The translations under genes were made by a program, and so were the position numbers. Below the pieces are notes generated by a model. It searched no databases and had not been told where the DNA came from. It saw only the letters and a program-made list of their open reading frames with translations. A stretch of 63,303 bases of DNA, counting the filler, from Octopus bimaculoides (lineage: Eukaryota), in the NCBI RefSeq assembly GCF_001194135.2. It is 5 parts of 5 records of this genome, joined end to end, with 100 filler letters (N's around TTAATTAATTAA, not from the genome) between each part and the next. Parts side by side here need not be neighbours in the genome. Positions count along the whole stretch, not along the records: positions 41,452 to 55,148 come from NC_068984.1; positions 55,249 to 60,525 come from NC_069005.1; positions 60,626 to 63,303 come from NC_068993.1; 2 more parts are not named here. One strand, written 5' to 3'. Below are positions 52,399 to 63,303 of the stretch, in pieces (positions within the stretch are counted from its first letter, which is position 1; every line of letters starts with the position of its first letter).

Positions 52399-53425
52399 AA
52401 CCTTGCTTCTATACTCACAAGTATACTAATTGAAGATCGTAGAGACACGTTGATTTTCCTCCTCACCTCGTCATCATCATCAGTAGCATCTCACCCTTAT
52501 CACCATCAGTAGCATGGATTATACTGTTCCGCATGGATTATACTGTTCTGTAATGTAACATATTGCTACTTATCGTTGTTTTTTGTCATTTTCCTATAGA
52601 ACCTCACGACTACTTCTATGCCTTCCTGTACCGAGAGTACCTTTCACTGTCACTATACAACAATTTTGTACTCGTTGTCCATTCACATTACATAGCTATA
52701 AACCATCACAATTACCTCCCCTAGATCGAGTTTCTGAAATGTATCCTGCATTTGCCAGCGTATAAAGATGCACTCAAGCATAAAACGCACCTCTGTTTTA
52801 AAAGAATATTTTGTGGATGATTTGATAATTATATATATAACACGTATGTATATTATATAATATTATCATATTATTGTAATTCCGAATTATCATCGGACTA
52901 TAGATAACCAAATTACAACAGGTATATAGTCCATTGTTTGTTTTATAGTGCATTGTTGTACCATTCTAAACTTTTATTCTTTACAAACAATACACAATGC
53001 TTCAAGCGAACTACAATACTTTCCAATATTATCATATTATATATGATACATATATAATACAAAACCACATTAAAATACAAATCCCAAAACCGAAGAAAAC
53101 ACAAACATGAGTGAAGAAAGAGAAAGAAAACAAGAAAACACGAGGAAGAAAGTAAGAAAAAGAAAGAATAAACGTCAATTCAACGCTAAGTGTTTCAATT
53201 GGTCGCACACCACAACGTCCAACAGAATCTATTGAAGCAAGCTGTAGGAAAGTGGTTATACACCATTAGGTGTACTGCTTCCGTACATTAAATTTCTAGA
53301 AGAAACAACGGAATGCAGATTCTGAACTATCAACACAACAATATTTATTTACAGAGGAAATAGGCAGCACTTCGCCCTTTGGTTGCTGAGACGCCGTCAA
53401 TGATGTTGAGTGGTTATTTGTCTCG

Positions 53426-53511
53426 CTCCAGAGTTGGAATGTTGGAGAGAGCTGTCTCCAGAGTTGGAATGTTGGAGAGAGCTGTCTCCAGAGTTGGAAT
53501 GTTGGAGAGAG
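53426..53511. repeat. 30-bp tandem repeat (about 2.9 copies)
   Basis: Unit ctccagagttggaatgttggagagagctgt. Confidence 0.92.
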
Positions 53512-53729
53512 GTTGCTTGAACGTCTTGGCCCTTCGCCGGCTGGCGAGAAAGAGAATGAAAAACCGAGCGAAGCTTGGATGTTGAATGACCACGCATGTG
53601 CATGAAACTCTTTCTGTATTCCCTCCGGAACCAGTCCTTGCGCATGCGTGGATAAGCTTTCCGGAAATGTCATCTGCTATTTAAGACGTCACTACAAAGC
53701 CAACATTCTCGTGGCTAAGGTATTGGAGC

Positions 53730-54060
53730 AGCTGAGTTCCTTCAGAGACATCGTCTGACGCCTTGATATGGTGAGACACCAATGATTACAAGAAATTCGC
53801 TGTTTGCAGACCAGCACCACCAAATGTCGCAAATGCCACAGGCTGGAAAAAGGAGTTTGCTGATAGGTCCTGATACTTAAGGAATTTGTTCCCTTCAGTT
53901 GCAGAAGCCATGACCCTGCCATTTACCACACCATCTGGGTTGTGGGAGGGAGCAAAAGTGTCACAGATTGTGACCTCCCAGACGAGGTACCTACTTCTCA
54001 CCCAGGGACAAAGGGTAAGACCATCTGGTCTTTTCCCCATCACTTCTGGATAATCCAACT
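53730..54060 (-). mobile_element. Fragment of a non-LTR retrotransposon with restriction-like endonuclease (CRE-like)
   Basis: ORF 53786..54058 reads KRPDGLTLCPW...LVWEVTICDTFAPS...ASATEGNKFLKYQDL...FQPVAFATFGGAG. This matches the RPDG...WDVT...D...AE..K..KY..L...F.P.A.ET.G RLE pattern. The 5' side is cut by a SINE. Confidence 0.8.
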
Positions 54061-54071
54061 GGCTTCGGAAC

Positions 54072-54480
54072 TCTTTACTCTCTTTTACTTGTTTCAGTCA
54101 TTTGACAGTGGCCATGCTGGAGCACCGCCTTTAGTCGAGCAAATCGACCCCAGGACTTATTCTTTGGAAGCCTAGTACTTATTCTATCGGTCTCTTTTTG
54201 CCGAACCACTAAGTTACGGGGACTTAAACACACCAGCATCAGTTGTCAAGCGATGGTGGGGGGGGACAAACACAGACACACAAACACACATACATATATA
54301 TCTATATACATATATACGTCGGGCTTCTTTCAGTTTCCGTCTAACAAATCCACTCACAAGGCTTTGGTTGGCCCGAGGCTATAGTAGAAGACACTTGCCC
54401 AAGGAACCACGCAGTGGGACTGAACCCAGAACCATGTGGTTGGTAAGCAAACTCCTTACCACACAGCCACTCCTGCACCT
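54072..54480 (-). mobile_element. Full-length tRNA-derived SINE with central microsatellite (resembles octopus OK type)
   Basis: tRNA-like head, central CA/TA tract and gaaacaagtaaaaga tail. Other full or partial copies at about 3880-4050, 5060-5130, 6130-6215, 8230-8388, 44300-44530, 54575-54740, 56990-57110 and 57270-57450. Confidence 0.88.
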
Positions 54481-54749
54481 GAGGAGAAATAAAATATTAG
54501 TCTATTCCATCATACTCTTATTGAAAGATATTTTAATGTAATATCATGGGGGGGGGGAATGTATGTCTCTCTTTTATTCTTTCACTCTTTTATTTGTTTC
54601 AGTCATGCTGGAGCACCGCCTTTAGTCGAACAAATTGACCCTAGGACTTACTCTTTGTAAGCCTAGTAGTTATTCTATCGGTCTCTTTTGCCAAACCACT
54701 AAACACACCTGCATCAGTTGTCAAGTGATGGTGGGAGGGCAAGCGAAAG

Positions 54750-55138
54750 CGAAATTGTGATGGCACCCAGCATCGAAATTGTGTGCCCAGCATAGCCTTT
54801 CTGGCACTTGTGCTCGCGGCATGTGTAAGGACTTTCGAGCGAGATTGTTGCCAGTGCCCCTGGACTGGCTCTTGTGCGGGTGGCAAATAAAATACACCAT
54901 TTTGAGCGTGGCCGTTGCCAGTACCACCTGACTGGCCTTCGTGCGGGTGACACGTAAAAGTACCCACTACACTCTCTGAGTGGTTGGCGTTAGGAAGGGC
55001 ATCCAGCTGTAGAAACTCTGCCAAATCAGATTGGAGCCTGGTGTTGCCATCCGGTTTCACCAGTCCTCAGTCAAATCGTCCAACCCATGCTAGCATGGAA
55101 AGCGGACATTAAACGATGATAATGATGATGATGATGAT
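54750..55138 (+). mobile_element. RTE-type 3' end ending in a (GAT)n tail; an opposite-strand copy lies at 44584..44737
   Basis: ttggcgttaggaagggcatccagctgtagaaactctgcc...ccaacccatgctagcatggaaagcggacattaaacgatgat, with the reverse-complement copy at 44584. Confidence 0.7.
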
Positions 55139-55862
55139 ATATATATACNNNNNNNNNNNNNNNNNNNNNNNNNNNNNNNNNNNNNNNNNNNNTTAATTAA
55201 TTAANNNNNNNNNNNNNNNNNNNNNNNNNNNNNNNNNNNNNNNNNNNNGAAGAAGAAGAAGAAGAAGAAAAAGAAGAAGAAGAAGAAAAAGAATAAGAAG
55301 AAGAAAAAGAAGAAGAAGAAGAAGAAAAAGAAGAAGAAGAAGAAGAAGAAGAAGAAGAAGAAATGGTGCGTTTTGTGTGAATATGGCAAGAGGAGAGGGC
55401 GAGAGAAGAAGGGGGAGGGAGAGGGGATGGAGCGGAGGAGAGAAGAGGGCGGGACAGAGGGTGAGAGAGAGAGAGAAAGATGTCTGGGGACATGGCGATT
55501 GTGGCGATGGTGATGGATGCGAAGTCTGTGACATTAAACACCCATCGTAGAAACTCGGGCGACGTCTTGTGTTATATGGGGTCGTTTAACGATGGAATCG
55601 GTAATGGTGGTGATGGTGGTTGTGGTTGTGGCGGCGGTTGTGGTGGCAGTTGCGATGGTAGTGTTGTTGTTGTGACTGTCACTGTGGTGCCGGTGGTGGA
55701 GGTGAAAGTAAGAGGGGAGAGTGGCGGTGGGCGAGGGTGGCAGAAGGCAACAAACAACAAAAACAACAACAAAGAATACGTAAAAGACACTGGTGTCAAC
55801 ATTTATATATCTGTGTGTATATATGTATATATGTATATATGTGTGTATATATATATATATGC

Positions 55863-55938
<76 letters not shown>

Positions 55939-55958
55939 ATATACATATAATAAATATG

Positions 55959-56059
<101 letters not shown>

Positions 56060-56188
56060 GTATGTATATATATTTATATTTGTATGTATATTTATTACAT
56101 ATACAATTATACATATATATTCATATATATATGCATATACTCACATACATGCTCACGCGTGTCCACACACATATGTATAGGTGTGTGC

Positions 56189-56235
<47 letters not shown>

Positions 56236-58142
56236 ATGTATGTATATGTGATCTTATTGCAACCCCTAGGGAGGGATGTTAAATATGTCACATAAGCACT
56301 TTTAATTTAACAATGAATCAATTCTTCTTCGCAAAATAATGATAATAATAATAATGATGATNNNNNNNNNNNNNNNNNNNNNNNNNNNNNNNNNNNNNNN
56401 NNNNNNNNNNNNNNNNNNNNNNNNNNNNNNNNNNNNNNNNNNNNNNNNNNNNNNNNNNNNNNNNNNNNNNNNNNNNNNNNNNNNNNNNNNNNNNNNNNNN
56501 NNNNNNNNNNNNNNNNNNNNNNNNNNNNNNNNNNNNNNNNNNNNNNNNNNNNNNNNNNNNNNNNNNNNNNNNNNNNNNNNNNNNNNNNNNNNNNNNNNNN
56601 NNNNNNNNNNNNNNNNNNNNNNNNNNNNNNNNNNNNNNNNNNNNNNNNNNNNNNNNNNNNNNNNNNNNNNNNNNNNNNNNNNNNNNNNNNNNNNNNNNNN
56701 NNNNNNNNNNNNNNNNNNNNNNNNNNNNNNNNNNNNNNNNNNNNNNNNNNNNNNNNNNNNNNNNNNNNNNNNNNNNNNNNNNNNNNNNNNNNNNNNNNNN
56801 NNNNNNNNNNNNNNNNNNNNNNNNNNNNNNNNNNNNNNNNNNNNNNNNNNNNNNNNNNNNNNNNNNNNNNNNNNNNNNNNNNNNNNNNNNNNNNNNNNNN
56901 NNNNNNNNNNNNNNNNNNNNNNNNNNNNNNNNNNNNNNNNNNTATATATATATACATATATATACATATATATATATATATACACAAAAGACACCGATAG
57001 AATAAGTATTAGGCTTACAAAGAATAAGCCCTTGAGTCGATTTGCTCGACTAAAGGCGGTGCTCCAGCATGGCCGCAGCCAAATGACTAAAACGAGTAAA
57101 AGAATTTACTCTACAAAAAGTTTTGAGTATGATCTTTCAGTTTAATGCAAAATAACTCGACCTAAAAACAAACGTGTGTGTGTGCGCGCGTGTGTGTATG
57201 TATGCATGTGTGTGTGTGCTCGCGCGTGTATGTCTATGTACGCATGTATACACATATATACATGTGTATGTATATTGGCCCCTGGTAACTACTTGACAAG
57301 CGGTGTTGGTTTGTTTACGCCCCTCCACTCCGCCTCTCTCGTAAGTTAACGCTTTGACAAAAAGAGACTGAAGAAATAGCCGCCAGGCTTTAAAAAACAT
57401 AAGTTCTTGGATCGATTCCTTCGACTGAAACCCTTGGTGCTCCAGCTTCTTTTGGACTTCGACAACGAAGGATCGGATCGGACAACTTTCAAGAAGCGAG
57501 CTATCACTGTATCACTATGCTGCGCCTCTTAAGGCAACAATTACAGCGTGACATTTCGTTTCCTGAGTCAACCCCTGATGTCTGACAGTGTTAGAAGAAG
57601 GATAGAGCTCTTGAAAGGGGTGTTTCAAAAAAAAAAAACAAAAACTAACGTACCCTGTAAGTATGCATGTATGTCGTCTATACGAGTAGAAGTGCAAAAC
57701 AATGGCGAGCAAAGAGAACCAGATGTATTATGGAAGAACAAAATTTTGTTGAAATACAGAGAAAAAAAAAAAACTTTGCGAACCGTTAATCCGAGTTTAA
57801 CGTTTCCGATATACGTACATGTAATGCGTGAGTGAATGTGTANNNNNNNNNNNNNNNNNNNNNNNNNNNNNNNNNNNNNNNNNNNNNNNNNNNNNNNNNN
57901 NNNNNNNNNNNNNNNNNNNNNNNNNNNNNNNNNNNNNNNNNNNNNNNNNNNNNNNNNNNNNNNNNNNNNNNNNNNNNNNNNNNNNNNNNNNNNNNNNNNN
58001 NNNNNNNNNNNNNNNNNNNNNNNNNNNNNNNNNNNNNNNNNNNNNNNNNNNNNNNNNNNNNNNNNNNNNNNNNNNNNNNNNNNNNNNNNNNNNNNNNNNN
58101 NNNNNNNNNNNNNNNNNNNNNNNNNNNNNNNNNNNNNNNNNN

Positions 58143-58199
<57 letters not shown>

Positions 58200-58819
58200 C
58201 ACAGACATAAACGCATCTACAGACACATAATGTCTGAAAAATATAGGCTTGTGATGGCCTGAAAAATCTTTGATCGTAGATCTGCGCGGTTAGAGCTGAC
58301 CCTCCGAGGGTGGCGGAGGTCCACCACCGCCAACCACCGCCACCAATAACAGCAACAACAACAAAAACAGCAACCACTAGGACAGAAAAATTAGCTACCA
58401 AAAACATGTGTAGGTGGCGTGGTGGTGCATGGCGGTATAAGGATGCAGCCGCGTTGATCTGCTTTTGTGTTGAAGTATTTGGTAACAGACGAGAAAATGG
58501 TTGCTTGACATTTTGATGATTTAGCGCTAACGACAACCAGATGAGTTTCTGCATGCCACCACCGTTAACCAAACTGAACGAACCAGCATGAGGAGATCCC
58601 AGCTGAAACTGATAGAAATAACAGTCAAATCCCCTTCAAATCATCATCTATATCTTATCATCTTAGGGGCGAAAGTGGGAAGGAAAGAACACGTTCGTTG
58701 TTGGGGCTTTAGTTACCCTGCGTGTATTTCTTTCTTGTTGTAAACAGATGGTGATGGTGAAGGTGATGGGGAAAAGTTTGATAGGGACCGGCCTGTTCTT
58801 GGCTTCTTTGGATAGCAGA

Positions 58820-59610
58820 GAGAGAGAGGGGGTGGGGAGAAAGAGTGTTGAAGAGGAGAGCGAGAGTTGAGAAGGGAGAAAGAGAGAAATGGGAATAGAG
58901 ACAGAGAGAAAAGGGGGAAGAGAGATGGAGAGTTGGAGAGACGGAGGGAGAGCAAGAGTTGAGAAGAGGGAGAGAGAATGACGGGTATAAGGAGAGAAAG
59001 TGAGAAAGCGGAGTGGGAGAGCTGGAATTGGAGAAAAAGGGACAAAAGGTGGAAAGAGGGAAAAGGAGAGAAATAGAAAAGGGGGAGCAAGAGCTGGAGA
59101 GACGGAAGGAGAGTGGAGGAAGAGGAAGAGACCTGGGGAAAGACTAAGAGAGAATTGATCCCTAGAACTTAGGGTCCTTATCTCTCATCCAGATAAGGAT
59201 GATCCTTGGCAGGATTTGGACTTAGGACATGGAAAGACGAACCGAAATACGAGACTTTGCGGTGTTTCGTTCCGACGCGCAAGCGTATCCGCCATGTTGG
59301 CTGTCTAAGAGTGGACGGTCGTGAGTGGAACGTATTAGATTTGATCAAAGGTCGAACAGACCCGGGGAGTAGACCTGGGGACGGGATGAGAGTGATACTA
59401 GTAGTAGTAGTAGTAGTAGTGCCGTCGTTGCTGCGGATGATGATGATGATGGTGATGACGACAGTGGTGGTGGTGGTGGTGATGATGTGATAATGATCAC
59501 CATTATGATGACAATGATGATGATGATGACGACCACGACGACGATGATTACGTCGATGATGATGATGACCACCACCACCACCATCACCACGACTACGAAG
59601 ACGACGACGG

Positions 59611-59660
<50 letters not shown>

Positions 59661-59790
59661 GTGTTGGTGATGATGGTAATGATGATGATGATGACGATGA
59701 TGATGATGATGATGATGATGGTGATGGTGATGATGATGATGATGATGATGATGGTGCTGCTGCTGATGATGATGATGATGCTACAAGTAG
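58820..59790. repeat. Low-complexity block: GA-rich polypurine tract (58820-59150) and imperfect (GAT/GAC/GGT)n tract (59390-59790)
   Basis: Direct reading. This block is the source of the poly-M/T/V/I ORFs. Confidence 0.9.
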
Positions 59791-60275
59791 TGGCAGCAGT
59801 TGTTGCTATTGTTGTTGTTGTTCTTGTCATTTGTTGCTTCCACTCAAACAACCTTGCATTACTGTAATAGCAACCACTCCACCCGCATCCCCCTCCCTCC
59901 CCCACACACACACTCCACCCTCACACACCTCCCACCTTACCCTCGGGTGGTTATTAGTGGTAGTGGTGGGGTGGGGGCAAGAGGAGACTGGGTGGGGATG
60001 GTAATCCGGGTGGCGGTAGTTAAGTGAGAGGATGCTGATTGCATGTCGGATGNNNNNNNNNNGTGGTGGTGGTGGTGGTGGTGGTGGTGGTGGTAGTAGT
60101 AGTGATTTGTGAATCACCTGCAGTGGTATTTAAGCCTCTTCGAGAATGTCTGTCATTAGTTAAACAGCTGTTAACAAGATGGCTTCTGGATGTCTGTCTA
60201 GTTCTCTCTCACTCTCACTCACTCTCTCTCTATCTCTCTATCTATCTCTATCTATCTATCTATCTATCTATCTAT

Positions 60276-60321
<46 letters not shown>

Positions 60322-60360
60322 ATGTCTCCTTTTCTTTCTCTCTTTATATATATACATATA

Positions 60361-60397
<37 letters not shown>

Positions 60398-62011
60398 GTA
60401 TATCTCACATACTCTCACTGTTTCTCTTTCTCTCTCGCTATCTATCTACCTATCTCCATCTCTCCATCTCTCTGTCTCTCTGTCTCTCTCTCTCTCAATC
60501 TATTTGTCCATCTCTATCTATCTACNNNNNNNNNNNNNNNNNNNNNNNNNNNNNNNNNNNNNNNNNNNNTTAATTAATTAANNNNNNNNNNNNNNNNNNN
60601 NNNNNNNNNNNNNNNNNNNNNNNNNTATATATGTATGTGTGTGTATGTGTGTGTATACGTGTATATGTATGTATGTATTTACGTATGTATGTGTATATGG
60701 ATGTATACATACGCAAGTGTATACATATATTCGCATATAAACGCACGCATATACAGACGCGTTTTACTGTCGTAATCTTAATTAGTATTTTGCGTTACAC
60801 AAATTATTTATCTTGTTTGTAGTTTTTTTTTTTATTCGCTCTTTAATTTTAATATTTATATTTCATTTTCTGAACTTCTGCTATTAGAACGTCTAACCTT
60901 TACATTTCAGCCTGAGTAACATACACAAGAAAAAATATAAAATAAATAAATAAAATAACATAATATAAAAAATAATTAAATAACATAATATAAAATGAAA
61001 TAATATGATAATAATTAAGAAAAAGACTTGGTACAATCTGTATCTTTTGATGATCAGTATCCAATACATAATTAATACGTTTACATGCTTTGAAAATCGT
61101 TTAATTTAAATATATAGACTTATTTGTATTAGATTTACTATAAATCTATGAATACGTGGCTTCTGGAGTCGATTTATAAGATTAAAATATTTCCGATGTA
61201 TCATGTGATTAATGAATTCTAAAGTGAGTATGGCGACGATGATTAACCAAAAAGGTAGACGGCATAAAAATTAATGATAATAAATTTAGAAAATGGTGTC
61301 TACTATTATCATGAGGCTAGCAGTTTGATGGAAGTATGCGTGCGAGTGGGGGCGGGTTGAAGGAGCGGAGCAGGGGTTGTTCGATACTATCAATGTCTCG
61401 ATCTGATTTGATTGTTCGATTATTTTATCAGCACTGGTAGGATAAAATGCGCGAATTGACCCAGGCAAGATTTGAACTCAGAATGTAAAGTGTCGGAGCA
61501 AAGACCGCAAAAAAAAAAAAAAAAATCGTTTCGACGCTCTACCGATTCTACTATCTCGTCGACTTGATAATATTATAAGCACAGAGCCTGAAATGTTGGG
61601 GGAGGGCCTTGTGCCTAGAGTAGAAAAGAATACCTGACTAGTACTTTACTTTATCGACCGTATTAGGATGAAAAGCTGAAATTGGTTTCGGCGATTTTTG
61701 AATGGAGAATGCTAAGAACCGGAAGCAATGCCGATAAACATTTTGTCCGACGCGTTAACGATTCTGTGAGGTTACCATCTTAATAATTCAAAATTTGGCA
61801 CAAGGCCAGCTATGTAATGAGAAGGTTAAGTCGCCATCACCAATACCAATACTTGAATGGTACCGGTGTTTTTTTGATGGTGTCACCGTAACGTAAAGCT
61901 CGGCAAAAAATACCGATAGAATAATTTATTTATTATCTTAATAATTTCAAGTTTGGTTTAAAGACGGCTATCACCGATGCTAATACTTGACTGATACCTG
62001 TAGAATGTGAA

Positions 62012-62263
62012 CGGGCAAGGCTCAGTTGTTAGAGCGTCGAGCTTAAGATCGCGAGGATGTGAGTTCGATTCCTGGTCCGGGCTGCGTGTTTTGTTCTTGA
62101 GCAAGACACTTTATTTCACGTTTATCCAGTTCACTCAGCTGTAGAAATGAGTTGTGACGTCACTGGTGCCAAACTGTATCGGCCCCTTTGTCTTTCCTTT
62201 GGATAACACTGGTGGCATGAAGAAGGGAGGCTGGCATGCATGGGCGACTGCTAGTCTGCCATA
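62012..62263 (+). mobile_element. tRNA-derived SINE of a further family (related heads at 35170..35402(-) and about 28430..28640)
   Basis: A/B-box-like head gctcagttgttagagc...gagttcgattcc followed by cttgagcaagacactttatttcacg, shared with the 35170 copy. Confidence 0.75.
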
Positions 62264-62674
62264 ANNNNNNNNNNNNNNNNNNNNNNNNNNNNNNNNNNNN
62301 NNNNNNNNNNNNNNNNNNNNNNNNNNNNNNNNNNNNNNNNNNNNNNNNNNNNNNNNNNNNNNNNTATATTGTATTATAAAATATTATGTTATATTATATT
62401 TTCATATCTTCTGTATTATGTATATATAATACATATATACCTCTTCATCTATATATGTATGTATAACCACACACACACACAAACACTCATACACACACAC
62501 AAATACACACACACACACAAACAGACGCACATACATGTTTTCCTGTTTCGAGGGCTTCACAAATGCTCTAGATCATATTTACTGGACAACACACAATCCA
62601 ATGCATAGATCTTAAAAATATTTTCTGTCCTATATTTTATCGTACTGTTATAATCATCATCTCTGCATTATTAC

Positions 62675-62756
<82 letters not shown>

Positions 62757-63303
62757 TCCCTAATCATTATCATCATCATCGTCGCTATTGTTATCATCTG
62801 CAATTTCCACCTATTTCAGTCAAATATGTTATTTTTGATGCTATTAATGTTTGGTTTATTGTCTAGTATTTTCCTTGTTCTCGAATTTTCTATAACCAAA
62901 TAAATACTACTGCTTTTGCTATCCATAACACCATAACAATTGTCCATAATGTTTGCATAAGGGGATTCAGAGTAACGAAACAGTATAAAAGGCGTTTTCT
63001 TCTCAAAATGGCGAATTCCATATACATTTAGACTAATATAAAGACGTTGTAAGTAGCTCTTTTTGTACAGCTCTTACCTTCGCTTTGTCAGAGCGAGCAG
63101 ATGTGTTCTATCTCTTATAATTGGACATACATTATTTTTTTCCCAATTGTCTCCCATCACACCTTAGTCTGTGATATTCTCTCATTCACACATACCAAAA
63201 CAACTGGTCCCTTTTTGTTTCCCTGCTTTCACATATCCCTCTCTCTTTCTTCTCTCCATGCTCCCTCTCTTCATATACATATAAATATGTATATGTATAT
63301 ATA

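Noticed and set aside
52600-52765. Strong plus-strand acceptor as the terminal RH exon
   Set aside because: The required phase-0 frame gives NLTTTSMPSCTESTFHCHY..., which does not fit the CxxCxxxFHxxC...CPxC pattern.

Overview
AT-rich metazoan genomic DNA, most likely cephalopod (octopus) judging by the SINE families and microsatellite load; this is an inference, not a database result. The window has many N gaps. The only host gene I can reconstruct is a plus-strand, multi-exon Rubicon-homology (RH, zf-RING_9/DUF4206) domain gene. It has seven phase-compatible exons from 22942 to 40205 (about 924 codons): a 1974-bp Ser/Thr-rich exon, a short linker exon, then five exons encoding a divergent RH domain. 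Its start exon and its last zinc-finger exon could not be fixed. The rest is intronic or intergenic and full of mobile DNA. This includes a Neptune-like Penelope element with an inverted copy of its own 3' tail and a minimal hammerhead ribozyme carrying an A3-U8 core variant, other Penelope remnants, RTE LINE fragments (two with an internal PHD finger) and a CRE-like restriction-like-endonuclease fragment. There are also mariner, maT, hAT and piggyBac-like derivatives and at least three tRNA-derived SINE families. Most ORFs in the supplied track are microsatellite or gap artefacts. No CRISPR, rRNA or genuine tRNA genes were seen.
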